Positions 51,677 through 61,531 are shown, counted from the stretch's first letter. The stretch: 64,000 nucleotides of DNA from an uncultured Bacteroidota bacterium (GCA_963766305.1 CAVYAE010000066.1:42966-106965); one strand, 5' to 3'. The notes: generated by a model from the letters alone, not told the origin. Numbers and translations: made by a program.

Positions 51677-53086
51677 TCACTTTCTAATTTCCAGTCCCAG
51701 GGTTTTTGCTTTGTCGATCATAAACTTATAAGCATCATCAAAGTTATTTGAAATTTCTCCGTCCAGGATAGCATCTTTTATTGCATTCTTAATAATTCCA
51801 ATTTCCCTGCAGGGCTTAATATCAAAATATTTTATAATGTCATCTCCGGTAATTGGAGGTTGAAAGTTCCTTATGCTATCGTTTTCTTCAAGTTCTTTAA
51901 GCTTTTGACGTACAATTTCAAAATTTGCCATATACTTTTTAACAGTTTCTCTGTTACCCGAAGTTATATCGGCCTGGCACAGTTGCATAAGATCATTTAT
52001 ATCTTCCCCGGCATCGAATAATAATCTGCGAACAGCAGAATCTGTTACCTCTTCATTGGAAAGTACTATAGGTCTCAAATGCAATAACACCATTTTTTGA
52101 ACGTATTTCATTTTTTCATTGAGAGGTAATTTTAATTCTTTGAAGATTTCCGGAATCATCTTTGCACCAAGGTATTCATGCCCATGAAATGACCAGCCCT
52201 GCAGAGGACTGTACTTTTTGGTAAGTGGTTTTGCAATATCATGAAGTAAGGCGGCCCATCGCAGCCATACATTATCCGTGAGCCCGCATATATTGTCGAG
52301 TACTTTTAAACTGTGTTTAAAATTATCCTTGTGTGATTGTCCGTTGACAATTTCTACTCCCTTTAAATTATATAACAATGGAAAAATAATTTTTAACAAT
52401 CCGCTTTCATCCAGTAAATAAAAACCTGTAGAAGGTTTTTGGGAAAGTAATATTTTTTGTAATTCATCAGAAATTCGTTCCCTGGAAACTATATCAATCC
52501 TTGATTTATTTCTTTCAATTGATTCCATAGTCTCTTTTTCAATGGTAAAACCCAACTGTGTTGCAAACCGAATGGCTCTGATCATGCGAAGAGGGTCGTC
52601 TGAAAAGGTAATGTCAGGTGCCATTGGGGTTCTGATTATTTTCTTTTTCAGATCTTCCACACCGCCAAAAGGGTCAATCAGTTCTCCTGTATTTTCCTTT
52701 CCAAGGCTTATAGCCAGTGCGTTAATGGTAAAATCCCTTCTGTCCTGGTCATCCTTAAGGGTTCCATTTTCCACAATAGGCTTACGTGAATTTATCCTGT
52801 ACGATTCTTTTCTGGCTCCGACAAATTCTACCTCGCAGCCCATATATTTAAGCATTGCCGTTCCAAAGTTCTTAAATACTGCCACATTTGTGTTATCTCC
52901 TATACTATTTGCAACCATTTCAGCTAACCTGATACCATTACCAACCACAGTGATATCAATATCATTTGAAGCTCTGTCAAGCAGCGCATCCCGGACATAT
53001 CCTCCTATGACATATACTTCAAGATTTTCCGCAGCAGCTATTTCAGAAATAATTTTAAATATGGGGTGCTTTAAATGTTTGTGCAT
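51677..53086 (-). CDS. cca: CCA tRNA nucleotidyltransferase (class II, HD domain)
   Basis: VIGGYVRD, DIDI, RRDFTINA, DDPLRMIRA, LLHDIAK. Confidence 0.88.
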   Translation of the reverse strand: MHKHLKHPIFKIISEIAAAENLEVYVIGGYVRDALLDRASNDIDITVVGNGIRLAEMVANSIGDNTNVAVFKNFGTAMLKYMGCEVEFVGARKESYRINSRKPIVENGTLKDDQDRRDFTINALAISLGKENTGELIDPFGGVEDLKKKIIRTPMAPDITFSDDPLRMIRAIRFATQLGFTIEKETMESIERNKSRIDIVSRERISDELQKILLSQKPSTGFYLLDESGLLKIIFPLLYNLKGVEIVNGQSHKDNFKHSLKVLDNICGLTDNVWLRWAALLHDIAKPLTKKYSPLQGWSFHGHEYLGAKMIPEIFKELKLPLNEKMKYVQKMVLLHLRPIVLSNEEVTDSAVRRLLFDAGEDINDLMQLCQADITSGNRETVKKYMANFEIVRQKLKELEENDSIRNFQPPITGDDIIKYFDIKPCREIGIIKNAIKDAILDGEISNNFDDAYKFMIDKAKTLGLEIRK

Positions 53087-53231
53087 ATTTAAAATTTAAT
53101 TTTAGAGAATGTCCTGATATTAATTTAAGATTATAGAGCTGCTTAATTGGGACAAAATTATAAAAGATTAAATGTAAATGAAAAGGGTATAGTTTAAATT
53201 ATATATATTAGTGTAGATTATCAGGTAATAT

Positions 53232-54881
53232 ATGAAATTGTTTAAGCTTTTTATAATTTTTATTTGTATATCCTGCAGTAATAATATAAATCACAAGGAT
53301 AAACGTACTGTTTTCCGTTATAATGAATCCCAGGGTATAAATTCCCTGGATCCTGCCTTTGCAAATAATGAAAGGCATACTCGCATGGCCTCCCAGTTGT
53401 ATAACCGCCTTTTCGAAATTGACGATTCTTTAAGATTAATACCATCCCTGGCAAAACGTTATGAAATTTCAAAAGATGGAAGAAAATATAAATTTTTTTT
53501 AAGGGACGATGTTTTTTTTCATGATAATAAGGTTTTTCCTTCAGGCACCGGAAGAAAATTAACTGCCAGCGACGTGGCTTACAGTTTAGGGAGACTTACC
53601 GATCCGGATGTGGCTTCTCCCGGTTCATGGATTCTTGCGGATATAAATAAGTATATTGACAATAAAGGATTTGAAGTATTAAATGACTCAGTGCTGATAA
53701 TCAATTTACTGTCACCATTCTCAGCTTTCCCGGAGTTGCTTTCAACTCCTTACACATCCATAGTACCTCATGAGGCAGTTGAGTATTACGGACATGATTT
53801 CAGAAATCACCCTGTGGGTACCGGACCTTTTATGTTTAAAGTCTGGAAGGAAGGTGAGAAATTAGTTCTGGTCAAAAACCCCAGGTATTTTGAAAAAGAC
53901 TCGACAGGTAAAAGATTACCTTATCTGGATGCCATATCTGTAACATTCATTAAAGACAAACAATCCGAATTTCTTGAATTTATGAAGGGAAACCTTGACT
54001 TTTTATCCGGAGTTCAAACTGTGTACAAAGATGAATTAATTACCCGTAATGGCAGGCTTAACCCTAAATATGAAGACAGGTTTCAGATGATCAAATCCCC
54101 TTTTTTAAATACTGAATACCTGGGATTCATGTTAGATACAACTAAAATAAAAACTAACCCACTAATTATAAAAAATATAAGAACAGCAATTAATTTTAGT
54201 TTTGACAGGGTAAAAATGTTAAAATACCTGAGAAATAATACAGGAATTCCGGCTTTGTGGGGAATTATACCCAAAGGGATGCCCGGTTACACAGAACAAC
54301 TTGACGGATATAGCTATAATCCTGATAAAGCCATGCATTTATTGGCAGAATGCGGATTCCCAAACGGGAAAGGACTACCAGAAATAATCCTTCATACAAC
54401 ATCCGATTATCTTGATCTTTGCGAATTTATTCAACACGATCTTCAGAAGGCAGGCATTAGACTAAAAATAGAAGTTAGTGTGGGGGCAACATTCAGACAA
54501 ATGGTTACAAATTCAAGAATTGCTTTTTTCAGAGGATCCTGGATAGCAGATTATCCTGATGCTGAAAACTACCTTGCCTTATTTTACAGTCATAATTTTA
54601 GTCCGAATGGACCAAATAACACTCATTTTAAAAATGTATTATACGACAAATATTTTGAACAGGCTGCTACTTGTCAAAATCAGGAAGACCGGATTGACCT
54701 GTACAGAAAAATGAACGAAATTATTGTCAGGGAATCACCTGTAGTGCCCTTATATTACGATGAGGCCCTGAGGTTTTGTCCTGTTTCATTAAAAGGGTTT
54801 TCAGGGAATCCACTTAATATCTTAAAGTTGAAATATGTTTATAAAACCAATAATGCAGGTATTGATCAAGATCAACAATAA
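53232..54881 (+). CDS. Family 5 (peptide/nickel-type) ABC substrate-binding lipoprotein with no adjacent permease
   Basis: Lipobox CISC; SLDPAFA, LRDDVFFHD, PVGTGPF, WIADYPD. Confidence 0.85.
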   Translation: MKLFKLFIIFICISCSNNINHKDKRTVFRYNESQGINSLDPAFANNERHTRMASQLYNRLFEIDDSLRLIPSLAKRYEISKDGRKYKFFLRDDVFFHDNKVFPSGTGRKLTASDVAYSLGRLTDPDVASPGSWILADINKYIDNKGFEVLNDSVLIINLLSPFSAFPELLSTPYTSIVPHEAVEYYGHDFRNHPVGTGPFMFKVWKEGEKLVLVKNPRYFEKDSTGKRLPYLDAISVTFIKDKQSEFLEFMKGNLDFLSGVQTVYKDELITRNGRLNPKYEDRFQMIKSPFLNTEYLGFMLDTTKIKTNPLIIKNIRTAINFSFDRVKMLKYLRNNTGIPALWGIIPKGMPGYTEQLDGYSYNPDKAMHLLAECGFPNGKGLPEIILHTTSDYLDLCEFIQHDLQKAGIRLKIEVSVGATFRQMVTNSRIAFFRGSWIADYPDAENYLALFYSHNFSPNGPNNTHFKNVLYDKYFEQAATCQNQEDRIDLYRKMNEIIVRESPVVPLYYDEALRFCPVSLKGFSGNPLNILKLKYVYKTNNAGIDQDQQ

Positions 54882-54934
54882 TTACAAATAGATAGAGTTA
54901 TAAAATTTAACTAATTTTGTCACAACAGTTATTT

Positions 54935-55909
54935 ATGATACAAACAAACCTTAAATTAGCTTTATTTGTAATCGTTTCATTGGTCGCAACTTGTTGCACC
55001 AAACCTCAGGTTTCTTCATGGCCGTCATATACCACTGGTAACGGATTGTCCGGCAATACTGTCAATGCTATTTCCATTGATGGTAATAATAATAAATGGT
55101 TTGCAACAAATTATGGTGTTACAGAATTTAATGGAACCAGCTGGACAATTTATAACACCACAAATACAAATAATGGATTGGTTAATAATGTTGTTCATGC
55201 CATTGCAATAGATGGAAGCGGAAATATCTGGTTTGGAACCGCGCATGGTATTTCTGAATTATCAGGAACAAACTGGATTCCATTTAAAAATTATGACTCC
55301 GGGAACATGAGAGATACTTTAGTTTATGCCATAGCTCTCGACAGGCAGGGTGTCAGGTGGTTTGGCACAAATCAGGGAGTGGAAAAATTTGATGGAACCA
55401 AATGGACATCTTTTTTAGATACTATATACGGAGATACCATACCAACCTATGCTATTGCAGCAGACAGCCTGAATCAAAAATGGATAGGTACCCCATATGG
55501 AGTTGCATTGGCAAAATATCAAAATCCCGGCGATACAATTTTAGCATTATACACGACAAATGACAGCCTGATAAATAACGGGATCAGTTGTATAGCTATA
55601 GATACCAGGGGAGACAAGTGGTTTGGCACTGGTGGTGGAGTTTCTGAACTCAATAAATTCAATCACTGGAAAAATTATACTGTGGCAAATGGTCTCGCCG
55701 GAAGCTGGGTACCATCCATAGCTTTCGATTCAAATGGAAGTATCTGGTTTGGAACCGGGGCAGGCTTAAGTAATTTCAACGGGTCGCAATGGACGACGTA
55801 CACTATAGATAATGGCCTGGCCGGGACATTAATATTATCAATAGCAATAGATAAATTTGGAAATAAATGGGTCGGCACTAAACTGGGGGTAACAGAAGTA
55901 TTGCAATAA
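54935..55909 (+). CDS. Beta-propeller lipoprotein made of two-component-regulator-propeller repeats
   Basis: Repeats of the form GL..N.V.AIAID..GNKWFGT..GV; lipobox ATCC; likely ATG at 54935. Confidence 0.8.
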   Translation: MIQTNLKLALFVIVSLVATCCTKPQVSSWPSYTTGNGLSGNTVNAISIDGNNNKWFATNYGVTEFNGTSWTIYNTTNTNNGLVNNVVHAIAIDGSGNIWFGTAHGISELSGTNWIPFKNYDSGNMRDTLVYAIALDRQGVRWFGTNQGVEKFDGTKWTSFLDTIYGDTIPTYAIAADSLNQKWIGTPYGVALAKYQNPGDTILALYTTNDSLINNGISCIAIDTRGDKWFGTGGGVSELNKFNHWKNYTVANGLAGSWVPSIAFDSNGSIWFGTGAGLSNFNGSQWTTYTIDNGLAGTLILSIAIDKFGNKWVGTKLGVTEVLQ

Positions 55910-56049
55910 TCTGAAAATTTGAAAAATTGAAGATAAGTAGATGTGGAGAGGTGCGTATTACTAATTACGAATTAAAGGTGTAGGATTACAGATTAAAAAT
56001 GATATTTTCATAAAAGATTGAATTTAAATAGGTTTAGACAAAATATATA

Positions 56050-57102
56050 ATGAAATTTTTGAAAATTAAATATATAGTTGTTTTTTCACTTGTAGTTATT
56101 ATTGTCACTAATTATTCCTGTAAAAAAGATAATAATACAGTTTCAGCTAATGGCCTCAAATGGAATTCGTATTCTGCAAATAATATTAATGTTACAGGTC
56201 TCACAAGATTTTGGGTAAATAGTATAACACTGGATTCACTGGGAAGGTTATGGTTCGGAACAGGTAATGGTGTACTTCTGGATTCGGTTCCAGCTACAGG
56301 TAATAAATGGTTGTTATATTCCAGGAATGATTCCAGCGCTTCATCAAATTATTCCATTACGGAAATAGCTTTTGATAAACAAGGTAATGCCTGGGTAGCA
56401 ACTTTTGGGGATGGGGTTTTATTGTTAAATTTTACTGATGCCGCTTTCCAACCTGCAAAGGATACTTTAGTTTGGACCGATTTTACAATAGCCAACGGTC
56501 TGGCCGGAGACACAGTAAGGGCTGTTGCAATAGATACCTCAGGAAATAAATGGTTTAGTACTTCCGGCGGAATAGCAGAACGAAAGAAGAATGATACTTT
56601 ATGGTATAAATATAATAATTTGGGTCTGACCAATGATACCATTACATGCATATCATTATTTAATAAAGCTTTATGGATTGGAACTTTTCGGGAAGGTATA
56701 TTTAAATTTGATAGCACCATACATCAGGAATATAATGCAGGGAATGTTAAGGGAAATGTTATATATGCCTCGGCTGTTGATGGACAAGGTAATATTTGGT
56801 ATGGAACAGCCAATGGAGTATTGAAGTTTGACGGTAGTACATGGACTACATACCCTGCAGCCATTACAAACGGTCTGATAAATAACAGTGTCTTTTCTGT
56901 CGCTGTGGATCATTACGGTAATAAATGGTTTGGAACAGCTGCAGGTGTTTCTGAATTTGATGGTAAAAACTGGACAAGCTATACTACAAATAACGGATTA
57001 CAGTCCAATACTGTATTGGCAATCCTTGCCGATAAGCAAAATAATATATGGTTTGGAACAAATGAAGGTATTTCTGAACTTTTGTGGAGTTCGGTGAAAT
57101 GA
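56050..57102 (+). CDS. Second, paralogous beta-propeller lipoprotein
   Basis: Same repeat type; lipobox NYSCKKD. Confidence 0.8.
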   Translation: MKFLKIKYIVVFSLVVIIVTNYSCKKDNNTVSANGLKWNSYSANNINVTGLTRFWVNSITLDSLGRLWFGTGNGVLLDSVPATGNKWLLYSRNDSSASSNYSITEIAFDKQGNAWVATFGDGVLLLNFTDAAFQPAKDTLVWTDFTIANGLAGDTVRAVAIDTSGNKWFSTSGGIAERKKNDTLWYKYNNLGLTNDTITCISLFNKALWIGTFREGIFKFDSTIHQEYNAGNVKGNVIYASAVDGQGNIWYGTANGVLKFDGSTWTTYPAAITNGLINNSVFSVAVDHYGNKWFGTAAGVSEFDGKNWTSYTTNNGLQSNTVLAILADKQNNIWFGTNEGISELLWSSVK

Positions 57103-57155
57103 TAATTTTAATAAATAATGTTATTTTGTAAGTTTGTATAATAATATGTTACCGA

Positions 57156-57938
57156 ATGAATTTTATCGATACGCACACACATTTATACCTTTCAGATTTT
57201 CAAGAGGATCTTTCAGAAACTATTCGAAGGGCCTTTTCCTGTGGCGTAGACAAATTTTTATTGCCAAATCTTGATAATTCCACACTGGGGACAGTATTGG
57301 ATTTATGTGGACAGTTTCCAGGGAATTGCTATCCTATGATAGGATTACATCCTACTTATGTAAATGATGATTATTTAAATATTCTTGATGATTTATATAA
57401 AAACATAAACATATCCAAATTTATAGCTATTGGTGAGATTGGAATTGATTTATATAGGGATACAACATTTATTACCCAGCAAAAAGAAGCTTTCTCAAGG
57501 CAACTGGATTGGGCATATGAATTATCCGTACCTGTAGTAATTCATTGCCGGGAGGCTTTTAAACAAATTATTGAAGTATTGTCAGAAAAGATAAAACGTA
57601 AACCACTCACAGGTGTGTTTCACAGTTTTGCAGGTACAGTGGATGATGCTAAAACAGTGATAGACCTGGGGTTTTTAATTGGAATAAACGGGATAGTCAC
57701 TTTTAAAAACTCTAATATAGGAGAGGTGATAAAACAAATACCTTTAGGCAAAATCCTTCTGGAGACAGATGCACCTTATCTTGCTCCTGTACCTTACAGA
57801 GGCAGGAGGAATGAAAGTTCCTACATTCCTTTGATTGCAAAGAAAGTTGCCGAATTGTATGATATAGAAATAGAAGAAGTTGCTAAAATAACAACATTCT
57901 CTGCAAACAATTTATTTAGTCTTAAGCAGAATGGATAA
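57156..57938 (+). CDS. tatD: TatD-family nuclease
   Basis: IDTHTH, GLHP, IGEIGID, IHCR, HSF, LETDAPYLAP. Confidence 0.93.
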   Translation: MNFIDTHTHLYLSDFQEDLSETIRRAFSCGVDKFLLPNLDNSTLGTVLDLCGQFPGNCYPMIGLHPTYVNDDYLNILDDLYKNINISKFIAIGEIGIDLYRDTTFITQQKEAFSRQLDWAYELSVPVVIHCREAFKQIIEVLSEKIKRKPLTGVFHSFAGTVDDAKTVIDLGFLIGINGIVTFKNSNIGEVIKQIPLGKILLETDAPYLAPVPYRGRRNESSYIPLIAKKVAELYDIEIEEVAKITTFSANNLFSLKQNG

Positions 57939-57982
57939 ATCCTGGTTTACGACTCTGAAAAAATATCTTAAATAATAATTTG

Positions 57983-59023
57983 ATGAAACCGGAAAAACCG
58001 AAATCGATCCTAATAATATATACTGGCGGAACTATAGGTATGGTCCAGAATAGTGAAACAGGTACATACGAGCCATTTAATTTCAAGCAGATAGAAGCCA
58101 AAGTTCCTGAACTTAAGCGTTTTGATTGTAAAATATCTACTATTCAATTTGATGTTCCACTTGATTCTTCTGACATAACGCCGGCAGAATGGATTATTAT
58201 GGCAAATATTATAGGAGATAATTATAAAAAATACAACGGGTTTGTTATTTTACATGGTACGGACACCATGGCTTATTCAGCATCGGCGCTGAGCTTTATG
58301 CTCGAGAATCTTCATAAACCGGTTATATTTACCGGGGCCCAGTTACCTATTGGTACACGACGCTCAGACGGCAGGGAAAATCTGTTAACTGCAATTGAAA
58401 TTGCTTGTGCGGAGCAAAACCATGAACCAGTGGTACCGGAAGTAACTGTATATTTTGAAAACAGGTTATACAGGGGAAACAGGGTAATTAAAAACAGTGC
58501 TGAATTTTTTAATGCTTTTCATTCCCATAACCACCCGCCACTTGCACAGGTAGGAGTGCACATAAAATTTAACTTTGGTGCAATAAGTTATGTCCCTTTA
58601 ACCAGACCATTCAAGGTTCATACAAATTTAGACAATAATATAGCCATTCTTAAAATATTCCCGGGTATTTCAAAAGAAACTGTTGTGTCTGTCTTAAATA
58701 CTCCAGGTTTAAAAGGGCTTATTTTCGAAACTTTCGGGGCCGGAAATGCACCTAATCAGCCCTGGCTGATAGAGGAAATAGCCAAAGCAATTAATAAAGG
58801 GCTTATAGTGTTGAATGCAACACAATGTAATACCGGTAGCGTGGAAATGGGCAGGTACAAAACAAGTGAAGCCTTGTTGAAAACCGGCGTGGTGGGAGGC
58901 TATGATATTACAACTGAGGCAGCCATAACAAAAATGATGTTTCTGCTGGGACAAAATTTGCCACGCGAAAAAATTATTGAAAAGTTAAACACATCCATTT
59001 GCGGAGAAATTACAATCCTCTGA
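57983..59023 (+). CDS. ansA: L-asparaginase type I (cytoplasmic)
   Basis: IYTGGTIGM and LHGTDTMAY motifs; no signal peptide. Confidence 0.92.
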   Translation: MKPEKPKSILIIYTGGTIGMVQNSETGTYEPFNFKQIEAKVPELKRFDCKISTIQFDVPLDSSDITPAEWIIMANIIGDNYKKYNGFVILHGTDTMAYSASALSFMLENLHKPVIFTGAQLPIGTRRSDGRENLLTAIEIACAEQNHEPVVPEVTVYFENRLYRGNRVIKNSAEFFNAFHSHNHPPLAQVGVHIKFNFGAISYVPLTRPFKVHTNLDNNIAILKIFPGISKETVVSVLNTPGLKGLIFETFGAGNAPNQPWLIEEIAKAINKGLIVLNATQCNTGSVEMGRYKTSEALLKTGVVGGYDITTEAAITKMMFLLGQNLPREKIIEKLNTSICGEITIL

Positions 59024-59062
59024 CATGTAAAATAAAATAATTTAGTAATTTCGCGGCACCCT

Positions 59063-59150
59063 GGAGAGTTGGCCGAGTGGTCTAAGGCGCACGCCTGGAA
59101 AGTGTGTAAGCTTCAAAAGGGCTTCTAGAGTTCGAATCTCTAACTCTCCG
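59063..59150 (+). tRNA. tRNA-Ser(GGA), long variable arm, CCA not encoded
   Basis: Acceptor stem GGAGAGT/ACTCTCC plus discriminator G; anticodon arm CACGC-CTGGAAA-GTGTG; T arm TAGAG-TTCGAAT-CTCTA. Confidence 0.96.
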
Positions 59151-59151
59151 C

Positions 59152-59266
59152 AAATAGAAAAGCAACCCCACTTTAGTGGGGTTTGGCATTTTAAGCAAGC
59201 GTTGAAAGTTTACTTTCAAAAGTGAAGCTTAGAATGCCAAAAAACCGTCAGGTTGCTTTTCTATTT
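59152..59266. other. Multi-stem inverted-repeat element abutting the tRNA 3' end (candidate structured RNA or MITE-like element)
   Basis: Perfect 16-bp outer stem AAATAGAAAAGCAACC/GGTTGCTTTTCTATTT enclosing three inner stems. Confidence 0.75.
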
Positions 59267-59880
59267 TAGCATCCCCCAAACGAGATCGCCGCAGGCAGAA
59301 TTGGCTGCGGCAATCTCGCTCACCAAAGGGATCGTTTCTATTTTAGCATCCCCCAAACGAGATCGCCGCAGGCAGAATTGGCTGCGGCAATCTCGCTCAC
59401 CAAAGGGATCGTTTCTATTTTAGCATCCCCCAAACGAGATCGCCGCAGGCAGAATTGGCTGCGGCAATCTCGCTCACCAAAGGGATCGTTTCTATTTTAG
59501 CATCCCCCAAACGAGATCGCCGCAGGCAGAAGGCTGCGGCAATCGATGCGTGTTATTTTAGCATCCCCCAAACGAGATTGCCGCAGGCAGAATGGCTGCG
59601 GCAATCGATGCGTGTTATTTTAGCTTCCCCAAACGAGATCGCCGCAGGCAGAAGGCTGCGGCAATCGATGTCAGTTATTTTAGCTTCCCCCAAACGAGAT
59701 CGCCGCAGGCAGAATTGGCTGCGGCAATCGATGTCAGTTATTTTAGCATCCCCCAAACGAGATCGCCGCAGGCAGAATTGGCTGCGGCAATCGATGTCAG
59801 TTATTTTAGCTTCCCCCAAACGAGATCGCCGCAGGCAGAATTGGCTGCGGCAATCTCGCTCACCAAAGGGATCGTTTCTA
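59264..59880. repeat. Tandem array of 9 GC-rich hairpin repeats (77,77,77,61,62,60,63,63,77 bp)
   Basis: Units start at 59264, 59341, 59418, 59495, 59556, 59618, 59678, 59741, 59804. Shared core of about 52 bp: TTTTAGC(A/T)TCCCCCAAACGAGATCGCCGCAGGCAGAA(TT)GGCTGCGGCAATC. Confidence 0.95.
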
Positions 59881-59903
59881 TTGAAAATTCGTAATATTTG
59901 CAG

Positions 59904-60485
59904 TTATAATATCCCCGGTATTAATTTTTTAGTCCGGTTTGTATATTCTTTATAAGTATCACCAAATGTTTCAATTAACATATTTTCTTCACTTTTAATT
60001 CTGTAATTGTAAACTATAAAAGTTGTCAATGCAATAAGAAATAATACTATTAAATTATCAGATGCTATTGCTGCTCCCAACCATTGTAAAATGCTGCCAA
60101 GGTACCCGGGATGTCGGATATACTTATATATTCCTGTATCCACTACTTCCTGTCCGGACTGAATCTTTAAAGTTCTTGTGTAATATTCTTTTAATGTTTT
60201 AATTGCTATAACTCTGACTAGGAATCCTGCGATCATTATAAGTATCCCCAGAAGAGGAATGTATAAATGGCTAAATAAAATAAAGACCGTAAAATGATTA
60301 AAAAGGAATGTGGATAAAAGTAATAATAAATTGATAATGTTTAGAATACCTAACAGGGTTGTAGAATTTTTATCATTTTCAGTTCTTTTTATGCTTTTTG
60401 CTTCACTACCGTAACGGATTAAAGGGTCTAGAAAACGCGAAATAAGAATGAAAAAAATAGCAAAGATTAGTGGTATCGTTGTCAT
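59904..60485 (-). CDS. Isoprenylcysteine carboxyl methyltransferase (ICMT/PEMT)-family membrane protein
   Basis: VVDTGIYKYIRHPGYLG, RIKSEENMLIETFGDTYKEY...KLIP; multiple TM helices. Confidence 0.88.
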   Translation of the reverse strand: MTTIPLIFAIFFILISRFLDPLIRYGSEAKSIKRTENDKNSTTLLGILNIINLLLLLSTFLFNHFTVFILFSHLYIPLLGILIMIAGFLVRVIAIKTLKEYYTRTLKIQSGQEVVDTGIYKYIRHPGYLGSILQWLGAAIASDNLIVLFLIALTTFIVYNYRIKSEENMLIETFGDTYKEYTNRTKKLIPGIL

Positions 60486-60519
60486 GATAAATATTGTTCA
60501 CTTAATGATATAGTTAATA

Positions 60520-61377
60520 TTAACTTAATAGAGAGTTTACGACTTTTTCAAGTCCATCAAGATTTCGCTTCAACACAACTTTAACATCTTCACCGGCAGT
60601 ATGGCCTAAAATCCCTATTAAACCGTTGTATTCAGATTCCTGTATTATTTTCATCATTTCCTGTTCCCTGTCCCCATCTCCAATCGTAACAATATAAGGA
60701 GGTCCCAAAGCCTCATCGTCGTTCCATGTCTCTGGACCATCACCTATTAACCCATTCAGGTTTATGATTTTAAGATAAGGCAACATATTTTTTAATAATA
60801 ATTTAAATTTCTGTGGGTCATGCACTCCTCTGAAAAAATTATATGCTATGCCAATATCTTCGAAGCCGGAAGTCTTAATAATCTTTATCTGGTTTTCTAA
60901 ATCTCCGTACCATCCTCCATGATTGTACAATGAAATACTACAGCCAATGGCAGCGGCACTTTCATGAATCCGGGAAATAGCCTTCACTGCTTTAGTCAAT
61001 TTTTCATCATCAGATAATTCCTGAAAAAAATGTTCAGGGAAAGAAACCCATAGATTAGTTTTTAACCCTTCATTTTTAATAGTTTCCAAAATTGTGATAT
61101 TATTTTGATCCAGTAATGATACGTCATTTCCTTCATTCCAGAACCAAACGCTGCAAATATCTATATTATGAATACGCATAGTTCTTATTTCATCTGTCAG
61201 GTAAGGCAGATGCCAGGTACGCCAGTCATAAGCTAACTTTGTAATACCCAATTCATTTAACATCTGAGCTCTTTCTGTTGCGTTGCGGTTTAGTTTATCA
61301 TATGGTATTATACACCATGCACATAAATTATCCTTCCTGAAAATGCTTTTGCTTTGTATTGATTGTTTATTATTCAT
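60520..61377 (-). CDS. Xylose isomerase/AP-endonuclease-2-like TIM-barrel protein
   Basis: AWCIIPYD...ERAQMLNELG, AYDWR, SLYNHGGW, INLNG, IGILGH. Confidence 0.65.
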   Translation of the reverse strand: MNNKQSIQSKSIFRKDNLCAWCIIPYDKLNRNATERAQMLNELGITKLAYDWRTWHLPYLTDEIRTMRIHNIDICSVWFWNEGNDVSLLDQNNITILETIKNEGLKTNLWVSFPEHFFQELSDDEKLTKAVKAISRIHESAAAIGCSISLYNHGGWYGDLENQIKIIKTSGFEDIGIAYNFFRGVHDPQKFKLLLKNMLPYLKIINLNGLIGDGPETWNDDEALGPPYIVTIGDGDREQEMMKIIQESEYNGLIGILGHTAGEDVKVVLKRNLDGLEKVVNSLLS

Positions 61378-61531
61378 TCCTGATTTACCTTTTAAGGTAA
61401 ATTTAATAATTAAATTACTGTTTACTTTTCATTAATATAATTATTGTGATTCCATTTAAAAATTTAAAATGACTAAACTTTTATAAATTAAATTTGTTTC
61501 ACATTTATTTATACAACTTAGACAAAAATTT

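Noticed and set aside
52542-53099. Antisense or alternate-frame ORFs such as 52542..53099, 46223..46654, 29578..30012, 17983..18381, 36772..37125 and 7482..7802
   Set aside because: They are shadows of well-supported genes and have no recognisable motifs
59264-59880. CRISPR array
   Set aside because: The sequences between cores are only three recurring tails (11 or 25 bp), not unique spacers. The core is about 52 bp, and no cas genes are in the window.
59455-59955. ORFs 59455..59955(+), 59592..59894(+) and 59553..59819(-)
   Set aside because: They are translations of the DNA repeat. Unit lengths of 77, 61 and 62 bp shift the frame, so there is no consistent protein repeat.
59904-60485. ICMT-family gene as part of the isoprenoid system (protein prenylation)
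   Set aside because: This family is widespread in bacteria with unrelated substrates. It lies over 8 kb from the operon, and no prenyltransferase is present.
59063-61377. Integrative element or genomic island at tRNA-Ser
   Set aside because: No integrase or transposase, and no clear duplicated tRNA 3' end (att site) downstream within the window
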